Source: Amphiscolops sp. MND2022 (lineage: Eukaryota). Taken from it: a DNA stretch of 64,000 bases. The position numbers and the translations under genes are program-made. Shown here one piece after another: positions 36,045-48,416 of the stretch; positions within the stretch are counted from its first letter, which is position 1; each line of letters begins with the position of its first letter. The stretch spans positions 7,688,001 through 7,752,000 of the forward strand of contig OZ076419.1 of NCBI GenBank assembly GCA_964187785.1. The letters run 5' to 3'. The notes below the pieces were generated by a model. The model searched no databases. It saw nothing but the letters and a program-made list of their open reading frames with translations, and was not told where the DNA came from.

Positions 36045-37323
36045 CAGGGTGGCCACTTTGCCCCCAAATTTGGGGGCACCCCCAAATGCCCCCAAATTGC
36101 CCCCAGCATAATTTTAACCCCCAAATAAATGTATCGCTTAATTTTTTAATGTTTTCAGGTAGTGATGGGTGGAGATTGCAAGTTTACGAACAACTTAAGC
36201 GAGAAGTTTGCTTGGGGACTGCGCATTCCGGGACTTGACCATTCAGTGCGCTGCAAATATTGCAATACAGTGGTCAAAATTGCACGAGGATTATTTGCAT
36301 TGAAACAACATGAACAATCGGCGATGCACAAGAAGAACATGCCATCAACCTCGAGCCGTACTCCAAACATTGCCGCGGCGCTTTATACGAGTTGCAGTAA
36401 GGAGACCGGCGTGCTGCGTGCAACTATTTATCATTGCTTGAAGATCATCGTGGATGACGCAAGCTTTAGATCCAGCGAATGCTTTAGTCGCAATCGGTCA
36501 CTTTACAAGGTGATGTTCCCAGATAGCTCCTTTGCTGCGATTAATTGTGGGAAAACGAAAACGGGATACATCATAACGAGAGCGATAACCCCATTTGTAA
36601 GAGACCAAGTCACCGATAAAATCACTTCCTGTGACCGTGTGGGTATTCATATGGATGAATCGAGCTACCATAAGAAATGCCGCCTCGAATTCTGGATCGT
36701 TCACTTTGATGGGGAATTGAGAAAGAATTCTTATCTCAGAACAATTGAATTGGAAGCAAAATTTTCGGTTGATCCAACGATATCGTGCGATTGTCGCCTC
36801 AGAATTGCTGCAACTTGTTAAGAACGCATCGTCTAAGTACAAAGAAGAATGCGAAGTTCTGAAAGCAAGAAATCAACGTGTGCAGTCTCAAGCTACAGTT
36901 TTTCGTGACGAATTCGATATATACAAACGGCGCACACCATGTGAACTAAAAAGAGAATTAAAATCTGTCGATTCTGAAATTGAAAGAACACAAGCTTTGT
37001 TAGAGGAGCTGCATTCGAAGAAGAGCCGATTATCCTCGGAGACAGCATCTGCCAACTTTCTTGCGGATTCACAGTCGAGTGACGTGATCGCTAAAATGTT
37101 CAAAAACTGAAAAAAGGGATGAATTTTATATGCTTCATAAGTTATTTGAATAACTTAATGTTATGCTTTTATAAGATATCATTCCTCTAACCTGTTGTTT
37201 TCAAGTACTTCCAACATGCCACGGCATAATGATTTTTATTAACCATGATTTCCGTTAATTTTGTAACATTTCAGATAGATTTGCATCTGCCCCCAAATTT
37301 GAAATTTTGAAGTGGCCACCCTG
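36045..37323 (+). mobile_element. Internally deleted hAT transposon (1279 bp)
   Basis: TIR CAGGGTGGCCACTT/AAGTGGCCACCCTG, 8-bp TSD ACCTATAC, subterminal GCCCCCAAA repeats. Confidence 0.93.
36162..37110 (+). pseudogene. Truncated hAT transposase (zinc finger, first catalytic D, coiled-coil tail)
   Basis: RCKYC...RGLFALKQHEQSAMH finger, MFPDS...CGKTK and IHMDESS, then a jump to a C-terminal segment. Confidence 0.8.
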
Positions 37324-37948
37324 ACCTATACCTTAAGTTCTCTGGATTTGTGTTATCCAACAAAAAAATGAAAGAATCATAATTTACATAATCCTCCATT
37401 TTCAGACAATTGTTTTCCGACCATCTTGAAAAAAATGTTGTTTTGACCGAATCTATTTATTCCAGCCGATTACTAAATTGATTCCTTCTACTCCAAAAAC
37501 ATTTTTTTCAACCTTTGAACTTTGAAATAGATTCGATATTTTCTGCAGTGCAATTCTGTTTTTATGCTTTTGGGTTACCCCCGGCAATGAATTGTACTCG
37601 CTTTTGCAAAAGAGAAAACCAACAGCCGCTATCAAAAATCAGGAGCGAAAGAACATGAAAAAACTATACCTACCTGAACTTGAAACGAAAGATATTTTTT
37701 TCCTGGAGAAGTTCTGAAATGAAATCGACATCCCTGGTTACAGCAAAAAGTGTTGGAATGATTTCAGTTTCACTCAACTAACTGTTTGAATGTCAAAGTA
37801 TGTGATTTTAATTACAACACTTTTTTCAAACAACATTACACTGCTTTGTTTTCTAGAAGCAAAATTATTGTTCTCATAAATATTAATCTAGTGCTTTTTC
37901 GAATAAAATTTCAAGAATTATTTTTTAAACATTTTTGAATGTTGGAAG

Positions 37949-38099
37949 GTTCACAACGACTATCTGCGTGCCAGGGGATTGCCTCCGGTGGATGTGAATC
38001 TGCCTGATGGCGGGGTGCCTTCGGGGGGATTTGACACCCAGACATCAGAACAAGAGAAGCAGACGACACTCACCATCTCGGAGATCACTTCTGCAATAG
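37949..38099 (+). CDS. TRIP4: TRIP4/ASC-1 exon (poorly conserved linker)
   Basis: GC-rich open segment with AG/GT. Phase 0 start and phase 1 end join exactly to 17407 and 38798. Confidence 0.65.
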
Positions 38100-38797
38100 G
38101 TAGGAGCCTAGGCTTGTAACTGAAAAAGTAGGCCACTAAGGAATTCTAGAGGTGACCGAAGCATTTTAGCTGCAAATGAGCAACAACGTCTGAAAAGCGT
38201 GAATAATGTCTAAATTATTAACAAGACGCCCGCTAAGCACCGGGATATTTTCAGCCACAAAACTTTCAGGCTCCAGCTCGGGCACGAACCCAGGCGGACG
38301 CACTACCAACTGGGCCTTGGTGGTTAAAATATACGCATATTAATTGGAGTAATAAAGAGAAAATTTGGAAAAAAACTACACAGGTGGTTATTTTTCTGGA
38401 TGGATAAATAGGCTCAGCCTCTTCTCTCGTGTTTCAGCTTCCAAAAAGACGTTTTTAAGACTAAAAGTTCCCATCTTTGGGTTTTTGGCACTGTGTTACT
38501 ATTTTCCAGAAGTTGCCCTTTTAAAGTTTTCCGAAACCTGTTTTTTTCTCAATCTTCATGAAAATAGAATTCTGACTTATTTGAAAGACAGTCTTTTTCG
38601 AGCCTTATGCGGGGCGCCGACTCTAAACGTTCCCGTATTGTTCTTCTAAAAGACTCTTAGGCAGATGTTATGGACTACATAACACAAAAAAGCCCTTGCC
38701 CTCCTGAAAAGCTCATTTCTGTACATCAGCGGGTGCAAAATAACGTTTAATTTTTAACCAATACTCTGGCTAGTAATCCAGCTTCTGTCTTCTTCAG

Positions 38798-39082
38798 CAA
38801 ACGACGAAGAAGTGCAACGTCCATCAGAGGATGTACAACTACCTCCGGAAGACGTGCCAGCTTCAGACGAATCCAGAGCGATCGCCTTCAAAGACCGGCT
38901 GTTGCACTACGACCGGACTGCTTCCAAACGAACCCAGGTCATCGACGACGAAAGCGACTACTTCGGCGCTGATCTCTGGCAGAACCCAGAGCAACGAGCC
39001 AGAGCCAAGGCCAGAGAAGAGAAACTCAGGGCCGAGAGGAAACTGGAAAAGAAGAACAGATGCATTACTATCGATCTGGAAG
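38798..39082 (+). CDS. TRIP4: TRIP4/ASC-1 exon
   Basis: AFKDRLLHYDRTASKRTQVIDDESDYF...ITIDLEG resembles HKDKLLEFDRTSIRRTQVIDDESDYF...VTIDFAG. Confidence 0.93.
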
Positions 39083-39289
39083 GTCAGTCTGGCAGCTGTT
39101 TGGAAAAATTGTCTTGGGCTTTTCTGTAGGTTGCGTTTTCGATAAAATTATGCGAAACGTTTTATAATTGACTAGTTTCTGGTTATACCGAGAATCGGGA
39201 ATACAAGCTGCTGTTTTTAGTCGGCGCATTTTAGCAGCGCGTCCAAAACGAAAAGAAGAAACAAAACAGACGTCCAGAACCTCGAAAAC

Positions 39290-39630
39290 ACACTAAGGAT
39301 CCCCCCAAAGGCCCACTTTTTTCGGCACTATGCGATTTTTTTTGAAACTTTTTGGATTGCACCAAAGGCCCCCCCTTCATTTGTTTCGGCATTTTTGCAA
39401 CACAATGGATGTCAAAAATCCCAAAGGGTCCCCCTTTTTACATTTTTCGGCACTGTGACTCTCATTTTAATTTTTTTTTGGGAAATTTTTTCAAGTCCCC
39501 AAAGGGCTCCCCTTCAATTTTTTTTCATATTTTGCAACCAGCTGGAACTTCACAAAGCCCGAAGGGTCCCCCCTTTTACAATTTTGAGCCTTAGATATAG
39601 CTCCGACTTTGGCCGTTCTCGGCTTGTTTT
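39290..39630 (+). repeat. GGGTCCCC/TTTTTCGGCAC family repeat
   Basis: Internal repeats and the conserved 3' end CTTAGATATAGCTCCGACTTTGGCCGTTCTCGGCTTGTT. Confidence 0.7.
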
Positions 39631-40074
39631 AGTTCAATCTACAAATGACATTGCGGCTTAATTTTAGGGCGGGTTCTTAGATTGAATATTTTGACCAAAG
39701 GCTGCCTATATTTGAGATGGCTTCTATTTTCCAAGTGGGGTTGTAACTGGATAAGAATTTACCGGATACCTGATATTACAGAGATTTTTCTACGGGATAT
39801 TAACCGGACACTAGTTACTTAAAATACGTTTTCTTTCGCTTTTATCGTTTTAATTTTTGAATATTCTTTAAATTGATTCAGAATACCGGAGGCGCGTACT
39901 GGCAAAATTTGGATTTTTTTTTACCGCCGTGGAGAACTATAAAGCGCCATGCGATCAGCCGGATTGCAAACAAAAACACAACTGGAATGGGGCAACAATT
40001 CTGTTAATTATTTTTCAACGATGCCATTGATTAACCAACCATTTTTAGTCGGCGCCTTTTCCTTTAAAGGAACC

Positions 40075-40400
40075 GACTATTACAGTGGCAAGTTTTTTTT
40101 TCGTCAGACCACAGAATGTATGCGTAGTGGACACTTTTTCTACAGAACTACTAATCTACTGGACCGGCAGGCGGAAACGCATCTAAGTTAGTACAGGGTC
40201 CCCCTTTGATTTTTTTTTCGGCACTGTGCGACTTTTTTCGAAATTTTTTTGTCGCCAAAGGGTGCCCCCTTCAATTTTTTGATATTTCGCAACAAACTGG
40301 GTTTTTCAAAAAGTCGAAAGGGTCCCCTTTTTACAATTTTAAAAACTTTGCGCTTTTTGAGCCTTAGATAAAGCGCCGACTTCAGACGTTCCCGTCTTGT
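40075..40400 (+). repeat. Composite repeat homologous to 3660-4060
   Basis: The same two modules in the same order. Confidence 0.65.
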
Positions 40401-40666
40401 TCAAAACATTTTAATCAACTTTGAAGCATTTTCAAGTGACATACCCGGTCAGATTTTTTTCCTAACGGGATACCGAATATTTAATAAGATACCGGAAGCG
40501 GATTCCGGCACATCCCTAATTCCTAGGAAAATGCGGCATATACCACGTGAAGCCCAAAACTTGGAAACTCCACCTTGCAGATTGCCTTCAACTTTTGATT
40601 ATTACTTGTAACTGGTATTAACTGTTGATCTTACAGCTACTTTTGAATCATAGCTTCGTTTTTCAG

Positions 40667-40972
40667 GAAGGCAAATTATGGAATCGATCAATAACATGTC
40701 GATATACGAAAGGGCTCGTCTTGAAGAAGAAAAAGCGCTCGACCAATCAGAAGTGAAGCAACAGACGGAACAGCGTCTGATAGAAGACCTGGCTTCAGCT
40801 ACTCAGTACACGTTTCCCAATCTATCCTCCATGTCAAATTCTACCATGGTGCCCCAGTTCATTCCAGTGCTCAGCGAAGGATTGAAGCAATCCTATTTGC
40901 AAGCAGTGGAGAATAATTTGTCGAAGGGGCTGAGACTCCAGGACAGCTTTCTTCAAGAGATGTCTGATCAAG
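40667..40972 (+). CDS. TRIP4: TRIP4/ASC-1 exon
   Basis: GRQIME...LRLQDSFLQEMSDQG resembles GRKILE...LRIQDQEFQEGFDG. Phase 1-1. Confidence 0.85.
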
Positions 40973-41120
40973 GTTAGCTTCTTGAGATTCATTATCATCT
41001 GTTTATGGTGAACGATACCCCCCCCCCCCCCCGAGGCACCTCCTGAAGAACAGGTCCGCCTTAACTTAAAACTAAACCGACAATTGCCTAATTGTCTAAG
41101 ACGTCGGTGATAAAATTTTT

Positions 41121-41255
41121 AGGAGTCGGAAAAAATTTTCGACTACTTATGCAATCGTACCTTTTTTTCAATGAAAATTTCAATTTTCTCAAAAACTCTC
41201 CATACGATGTTTATAAAATTTTGCACATTCATTTTTAGCCCAAAAATGACCAAAC
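41121..41255 (+). mobile_element. 5' fragment of Helentron-like family H1
   Basis: AGGAGTCGGAAAAAATTTTCGACTACTTATGCAATCG, as at 15239. Confidence 0.6.
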
Positions 41256-41727
41256 CAAGTAGGTTATTTGTTTTTAGTCGGCGTTTTCGAAGAAAACACG
41301 ACTCTTACAGTGGCTAGTTTTTTTTCGTCAGTTCAACGCGATCGGTTCACTTTTTTAGTCGGCGCTTTTTTTAAGAAAAGAGTCGACTATAGTCATGGCT
41401 TTTCGTCAGTGTTTTTTTCAAGACCAAAATAGACCTGAACTGACCAAAATAGTTCTACCAAAAGTTCTACAAAATTTACAGAAGACGCCAAAATGTACCT
41501 GGTGGCCCAAGGAACTGAACCAAAAAGGTTTCCCGCGTAACATACAATACCGGACGAGACCAAAGGGTCCTCCCTTTCAGTTTTTTCGGCATTGTGGGGC
41601 TTTTTTCGAAAAAAATTTTTCGTAAAAGTAATTCACCAATACTTGGAAATTTGAAGTCCTTTTGCTATTTTTAAGCCTTGGATATGGCGCCGACTTTTGC
41701 CGTTCCCGGCTTGTTGTTCATTTGTTC

Positions 41728-42045
41728 AACTTCTTGGCCGAGAGGTTAACCCGGATTTTCTGGGTCTAAGAAGCAGGCGAGCGTGGGTTCGAGTCTCGCA
41801 CTAAACCACAAATTTTTTATGCTTCCAAAAGTAGAGGGGAGACCAAAGGCCCCCCCTTTGCGGTTTTTTTCGGCACTATGTGACATTTTTTCCGAAAATT
41901 TTTGAATTCTAACAAAGGGTACCCCCTTGAATTTTTTGAAGTTTCCAATTTGTAAAAAACGGTTAATAAGCCTAAAGGGTATCTTTTTGGGTTTTTCGGC
42001 AACATTAGATATGAAGCCGACTTGGGCCGTTCCCGGCTTGTTCAA
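41728..42045 (+). repeat. tRNA-derived SINE-like copy
   Basis: A box TGGCCGAGAGG (41735-45) and B box GGTTCGAGTC (41786-95), tRNA-Leu/Ser-like, followed by the GGGTCCCC-family body and tail. Confidence 0.6.
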
Positions 42046-42089
42046 TATTGTAATCCGTTTCCGACTCATCTACCGCCCATGCGACTTTG

Positions 42090-42430
42090 AGTAGTAGGCT
42101 ATTTCCCGATATACGCCCATAAAAAAATAACATCAAAAAAACCAAAATCATCTAAAATTAACGTTTTTTTACCGTAATAAAAAAGTTAAAAAATAACATG
42201 TTTTCAAGGTAAATCATCTAAAATTAACGTTTTTTTTTACAACTGACTGTTAAAAAATAACCAAGGCAAACCATCTAAAAATGTTAATTTTAGATGATTT
42301 ACCTTGAAAACATGTTATTTTTTAACATTTTTTTTATTACGGTAAAAAACGTTAATTTTAGATGATTTTGGTTTTTTTGATGTTATTTTTTTATTTTTTA
42401 TGGGCGTATATCGGGAAATAGCCTACTACT
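42090..42430. mobile_element. 341-bp Polinton/Maverick-like miniature element
   Basis: ~140-bp TIRs starting AGTAGTAGGCTATTTCCCG; 6-bp TSD ACTTTG (42084-89, 42431-36). Confidence 0.75.
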
Positions 42431-42626
42431 ACTTTGGTCATCTTATATCTAAATATGCTCAGTCAAATATTTGTGTTCTAACTAACAAGGCATTGCGGTA
42501 TTTCAGTCCAAAAATATGTGTGAATTGAGTGTTATCAGGTAATTGTGGTTCCTCCCTAATCTCATCTTATCTATGCCGCGCTCGAATTTTGTGTAAATTA
42601 TTAGTCTGATTAACTCTATCGATTTA

Positions 42627-42706
42627 CAGTAGGCTACCAAAAGTTTGCGCGCACCCAACATAAGGAAGTCAAAAATTGCTGTGCGTAAACTTTTGGGTGG
42701 CTATTG
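42627..42706. mobile_element. 80-bp Tc1/mariner-type MITE
   Basis: Imperfect ~27-bp TIRs CAGTAGGCTACCAAAAGTTTGCGCGCA / rc CAATAGCCACCCAAAAGTTTACGCACA, flanked by TA. Confidence 0.55.
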
Positions 42707-43205
42707 TATAATCGAAGCTATTCAACGTGGCATAGAACCGAATTATTTAACCCTATGTGGAAGATGGTACTATTTCGTACCAGTTAGTTACTGCAAACTT
42801 CTGACTGGAAGCACCACCAGTTGACAGTATGGTAAAGAAAACTTTTGAATAAGATTTTCATACGATATTGCATACATAGCATTGCACGCCTTTTCACGGA
42901 ATATTGACTTGATGTCCCCGAAATTAAGAAAAGGCGACAAAAAATCAAAAAAAATTGAGCGCAGATTTTCCGTTTTTCCAGTTTTTGTTGGCCACTTTAT
43001 CCCACTGGTATCAAGATTGGGTCAAAGTGGCCCTAGAATGTTTTGAAACATGCTGAAATGCAGTCAGAAACACGAGGCGTGCAAAGTTTCGTGGCGCAAA
43101 GTCCGGAGCCAGTGTGGCGCAATAAATCGTTTGTTTGTCGGACTTGATTAGATTTCCTCGTCCATTTAGGGTTTTGAATTCAGAGGAGGGGTTGAATTTT
43201 TGTAG

Positions 43206-43433
43206 GGGTTTGTCTGTCAATGCACCAACCATGGGCGTCTCTGCTGGTGGCAGGTATCAAACAACACGAAGGTCGCGACTGGTACACAACTCACAGAGGG
43301 CGTCTGTGGATAGCGTCAACCGCCAAAACCCCCTCACTAGAAGACATAGAGGGACTACAACAGAGCTACAGGGTGCTCAGAGGAGATGATAACTTACAGT
43401 TCCCCCAACAGTATCCCACTGCGTCTCTACTAG
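43206..43433 (+). CDS. TRIP4: TRIP4/ASC-1 exon (ASCH domain N-half)
   Basis: CLSMHQPWASLLVAGIKQHEGRDWYTTHRGRLWIAS is the ASCH signature. Phase 1-1. Confidence 0.97.
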
Positions 43434-43629
43434 GTACAGTGTAAGACGTATATGACGTCACCAACTTCGTCACAAGTTTTTTGACGGTCAGACTTGGCTT
43501 GGTTTCATCGATGCTAGGTAAATTTGCCGACGGCGCTAATGGCTGACTGTGCAATTGGCTTACAAAGTAATTTCAGAACAGCGGAATTAGACCTGAAATG
43601 AAGTTTGTTAAACTTTGAAAATGAATTAA

Positions 43630-44193
43630 CCTCGACAGTACACCGAGAAGTTGAAAAAGTGACAAAAATAGCAAAAAATTTTTCAAAGCCTAATTTCTCC
43701 ACGAATAATAGCCACAGCTCTCAAATCGGTTTTCTGCTCCTGAAAGCCCTTTACGTAAGCTTTCAAATGAACACTAGTTAGGCTGGGAGTTGGCGCCACT
43801 TTTCCGACGCTTCGCCGGGCCTTTCAAATGACACTCGAACTTTTCGCTGCAGCTTCATTAAAAAAAACTTCTATATGCGGTTTCAATGGTGACAAACTGT
43901 GTTACTAGAGTGTGACAGTAACTTAGCAAACAGTTGCAGTGTTATTGAGAAAAAGTTAATTTTCTGAAAAGTATTTTTTTGCGAATTTTCACTTTTTTCT
44001 AGTTACCTTTTTGCCGGTGGTTCGGAAAACAAACTATATTGACACAAATGACAACTCGCCCCAGGTAGTCCAATAGATTGTTGATTAGAAAAACAAAGCT
44101 TCGTTTTCCTATAAGCTTTTTGCGTTTCGTAATATTTTATTGATTGTGAAAAAAATCGCTGTCCTCAAATTGGGCACAAAAGCACTGTCGAGG
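43630..44193. mobile_element. piggyBac-type MITE (564 bp)
   Basis: TTAA|CCTCGACAGTAC ... GCACTGTCGAGG|TTAA. Confidence 0.8.
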
Positions 44194-44486
44194 TTAAGTT
44201 TTTTGTAGAGATCAGGAAATGGAGCTGATCTTGATTCAAAATCATTTCAATTTTTGTATTCTTTCAAATGAGAAATACAAGCATGTTCACAAACAAATAC
44301 TTGATGCAAATCGATTACTCGATGCGTAAAACAGTTGCATAACAAAATTGAGAATAGTTTCACTGATATTCATATTCATATTCTTTCACTGAGAAGAAAT
44401 CCAATCATATTTAATCGGGTCGGCTAACTGCAGAGTCGGCGAGTTGAGCGACCGGCCAATTGCATGGTCACCGGCTGCATCATTAG

Positions 44487-44909
44487 CAGTGAATTAGGTT
44501 TTCCCAAAAACGCGCTTATCGCTTGTTGCGCTTATGACTGGCACGCTTACGCTTAAGCGGTGCTTTTTGGAAGAAAACGCTGGCTCAGCGAATTTTGGTT
44601 CTCAAAAGCTGCAATTTTTTGAAAAACATTACGGACTTTTTGAAAATTTCGATCGGTTACTTCCTTATCTCAACAAACTACCACCACCAGAGACAAATTT
44701 TTCTATTGTACTAGTGTCGGGTGAAATTCTCAGTACAAAAAAACTTGCCACTGTTAGAGTTGGGCACTTTTTGTAATCAAAATAGCTATAATTTCTGACC
44801 AATTAGATAAGCGCAAATTTCAGTCGTCGCTTTCGCTGTCGGCGCTTATCCGGATATTACGTCGCTTTCGCTTTTTTTGCGCTTTCGCTACAAGCGACCT
44901 AATTCACTG
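44487..44909. mobile_element. hAT-type MITE (423 bp)
   Basis: 13-bp TIR CAGTGAATTAGGT and 8-bp TSD ATCATTAG. Confidence 0.88.
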
Positions 44910-45384
44910 ATCATTAGATGCACCCAGAGGGGCTCTCTTGCGTTCTGTTTGATGTACAAAGGTTTTTGTTATAGCACCTTTTGGACCTTACGTCAGTCAT
45001 GCTTTCGATATGCCCTTGAGCCATACTAAATCTTCATCAATAAAGATAACTCGGACTTCTTCAACTCTGTGCGCAAAATGTGTTGTAACTAATGAATTTA
45101 ACTCTAATCCAATTCAACTCAAAAATAAATTATACTATCTTAATAATAAATTAATATAAGTTATTGAAAAAATACTATAAACATAAAATTCAAAAATATT
45201 TCATAAATTTTATGTACCATATAAAACCATTTGGCTGGCCCCAATCACGGGTTTCCATCAGTTCAAAAGTTCTTCGAAAAAATAACTTCAATACAAACAA
45301 AATTCACATTACAATTCTTGAAAATACTATTTTGTACCAATCATATGTCTTTTAAGGAGATCTAGGAATCAAAGGCGACTAGAC

Positions 45385-45650
45385 TTTTTGCGGAATCCAA
45401 GAGATTAAATCGAAGAGCAATTCCAATTTTGCGGAATCTAAGATAGCTAATTGAATCCAAGACGGTTAATTGGCTCATTAATTATTTCCGTGGAAACCGA
45501 GATTTGAATTTGCGGAAACTAAGATTTTCTTACATTTTGCAACATCAAAGGATGGACTGTTCTTAGATTCCGCAAACATCAAAGAGATTGGAATTTTGTA
45601 AGCGTGTCTCTGATTCCGCAAAACCCTGTCGTGGTTTCCGCAAAATACGC
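45385..45650. repeat. Cluster of TTTGCGGAA(T/A)C motifs, forward then inverted (probable MITE remnant)
   Basis: Three forward copies (~45386-45520) and three reverse copies (~45566-45645). No TSD found. Confidence 0.45.
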
Positions 45651-46559
45651 AGAAAAGGCTCGTCTATGCAGTGTAATGTAAGCGCCTATTTTTTGATGAA
45701 AGCGCATCTAAAGCGGCTGAATGTTTTGATTTCTGGATTCACCTAAGAAGTCAATGCCCAAGCAAGCCAGTTCACATTTTACTTGATAAAGCGTGCTGAA
45801 ATTATTCAATTCGTGAACTTTTTTGAATAGTTTGCTTAAGTCTTTGAAATGAAGGTTTTTTCCTTAACTACGTTCAAAAAAAAGACAATAATGAAGCATG
45901 AATTTTGCCTAAAAATTTTCTTTTTCTTAATATAAATTACCCAATCGACAAACACGTGAAACAGTTTTTCCCAACTGTTTCATCAGTTGGATTATCAAGT
46001 TTGGCCCATCATCCACTTCGAGAGCAATCAAGTTTCGGAACAATGCAATGCAATGCAATAGTCGAAGAGTGCGATAGTAATCAGAGTTTGAGTTCCTCTA
46101 TCGAAACATGACATCAGAGACTTCTTGGAGCTTCATCGTCATGATTCTTCTCCGAAAGTCAGTCGGTCGATTCCTAAGTAACGTGTGATTTTCTTCCCCG
46201 TTGAATCCTGTAGAGTATCAAAGTATATTGATTTTATGGTTTCTTTAGTCATATCAACTTAGTGGCTACCGTATTAGGAACAGTCAATCACCTTGATAGC
46301 AATTCTATGCGACTTGAAAAACGGTTGTTTTCCACTGATGTTATTCAGTGATGATGTTTACCAACCCTTTGAGTTCGATCAAATAGAATTTAGTGTTGTT
46401 ATTACCCGAAATTTTTTAAGCAAGATATAATTTATTAGTTTCATGACACTTAGTACTAAACTATAGATAATACAAATCGGATGCCGTGGTATTTCTAATC
46501 AAATTCAATTGTTTTTTTTTGTCTTGAGACTTTTTCGTCTTATGTATATTTGAAAAGTC

Positions 46560-46890
46560 ATACTCTTTCGCGTGCAATATTGGGTGTTTCAAGCTTTTTG
46601 GTGTCATAGTGTATATTCTTAATTATAGTATAATTTATCAGGATTTAAATACATGCTAATAGACTTTTATTGATTAACTACATACAAAATTAAGTCATCT
46701 CTCAAAGAGACCTCCCATAAACACGCAGCCCTTTGAACAAAAAGAAGTTTAAAGTTTTTTGTGTTGTAAGAAAGAGGAGGGTTGTAAGAAATTTTGCAAC
46801 AATGACGATTATTCAAAAAATTAAAGTCAACCAGTTTACCGTTACCGAAAATATTCAAATCTGTAACTTTGTGTTGGAAATTTCCTAATT
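46560..46890 (-). pseudogene. Possible fossil non-LTR RT split by element B
   Basis: LRDDLILY...LNPDK here, and RAISLINAL in the right flank (~63130-63160), resemble RT motifs. Very degraded. Confidence 0.3.
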
Positions 46891-46895
46891 GCTCA

Positions 46896-48416
46896 TGTGA
46901 TAATCCTCATCTAGGCTCTCTGCTTCAGACTCATCGTCTGAATGGATAGTTATGTCTACATCAGATTCAGCTCGAAACAAAGGCTTTGCAGGATGTTTTA
47001 GATCCTTCATTTTAGATGCCTTAAGAGGAAAATCTTCGTCTTCAGTTTCTGAATTTTCATTGTTAGATGCGTGTACTCCTATAGACTTGTTTCCTTTGGA
47101 TCCTGTAGGTTGCATGTTTCGTGTTTCATCATTTTCAGACCTTGGGTTTGTTGCTATTGAAGCACTTTTATTTGATTTTATTTCTCTGAGAATGGTTTCA
47201 AGTTTATTGTCCATTTCTTCTCTCATTTTCTCTATTCTATCGTTGTTCTTTTGTTCAAATATTTGGGTCCAAGCTTGGATCTCAGTGCTGATTTGACTGG
47301 GTTCGACCAATTGTACTCCTATGTTGTTTTCACCTAAATTTTCTTGGACAACAGTATCAGGATTAGTTAAAGTTATATTACCTGTATTTGGCGTTTCGAC
47401 TTGGGTCCTTTCTACACTTCTCTCTGGGGAAGGAGTTTCTAGTCTCCTGGACCGTCTATTTCGTCTATTTCCCATCTCGTCTCAAGTGAAAATGTTTTCT
47501 GGCTTTTGGGGAAGAATTTGAATTGACTTTAATATCTCAAAAGAACAAGATCGGAGGGTTTACAAAGATGAAATCGAAGAGGTTTACAATCATTTGAAAA
47601 GCAACTGCTTTTGATGAAAGACAAATCTTGAATGAATTCTCCCAATTATATTACAAAACGAAATATATTTAAAAATCATGACACCCCTTTTTATTAGAAT
47701 CATCATGAAAACCAGCACAAAAATAGAATTGCGTCAAATGACATCATATTATAAAAATAGCACATTTACATGACATCATGGGAAGTGGTTATGGACAAGA
47801 AACTGCAAAACCCTGGAAAATATCTCAAAACAACTTCTAAATATGGCTGAAAACACTTTCTAAATGCTATTATAACGCGTCCTGGGATCATTTAATGAGT
47901 CCTGCGAGAACCGCATAATGACGTATAATCGTTTTTATTCAAACCGTAGGATGCCGCATAATGTTATCATAAAAGACGTATAATGCCGTATATACATCTC
48001 ACCTCAAAACGCATAATACCGCATAATGGTATTACCAAAAACGTATGGTGACGAGTATACATCACACCTCGATCCGCATAGTACCGTATAATAGTACTAT
48101 GCTAAAGCACAAATTATTACGATGATGAGTCAGAAACTTGCAAGTTATACTATTAGACGGCTAGATAACTCATTGTTTAATCAACATAAGGACTCTTAAT
48201 GGAAAGACAGGGTTTGTTAGCACAACAATGAAAGTTCTTTCATGACAAATATAGTATAAATATCGTGTTTACATGACCTTTTAAAGAAAACAATGCACAA
48301 GAAAACACACTATCAGCGGGTCCACATGAGTTCGAAAGAGTTTATTTAAGGGGTACTGTTGCTTGTTCCTTTCTAGAGTTGCACCACGGAGCCATCACAT
48401 CTTGGTGGGTGTGACA
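46896..48416 (-). repeat. 3' LTR of element B
   Basis: Same length as 61548-63068 and no difference found by eye. Contains the 196-aa gag-N ORF (46885-47475). Confidence 0.96.

Noticed and set aside
41019-41032. Poly-C run (G-tract on minus strand)
   Set aside because: An isolated homopolymer with no supporting structure.
41728-41810. Possible tRNA gene
   Set aside because: A and B boxes are present but I could not build a convincing acceptor or anticodon stem, and it is fused to a repeat body. Treated as a SINE head.
46952-47521. + strand ORFs in the LTRs (also 61604-62173)
   Set aside because: Antisense shadows of the gag frame, duplicated only because the LTR is duplicated.
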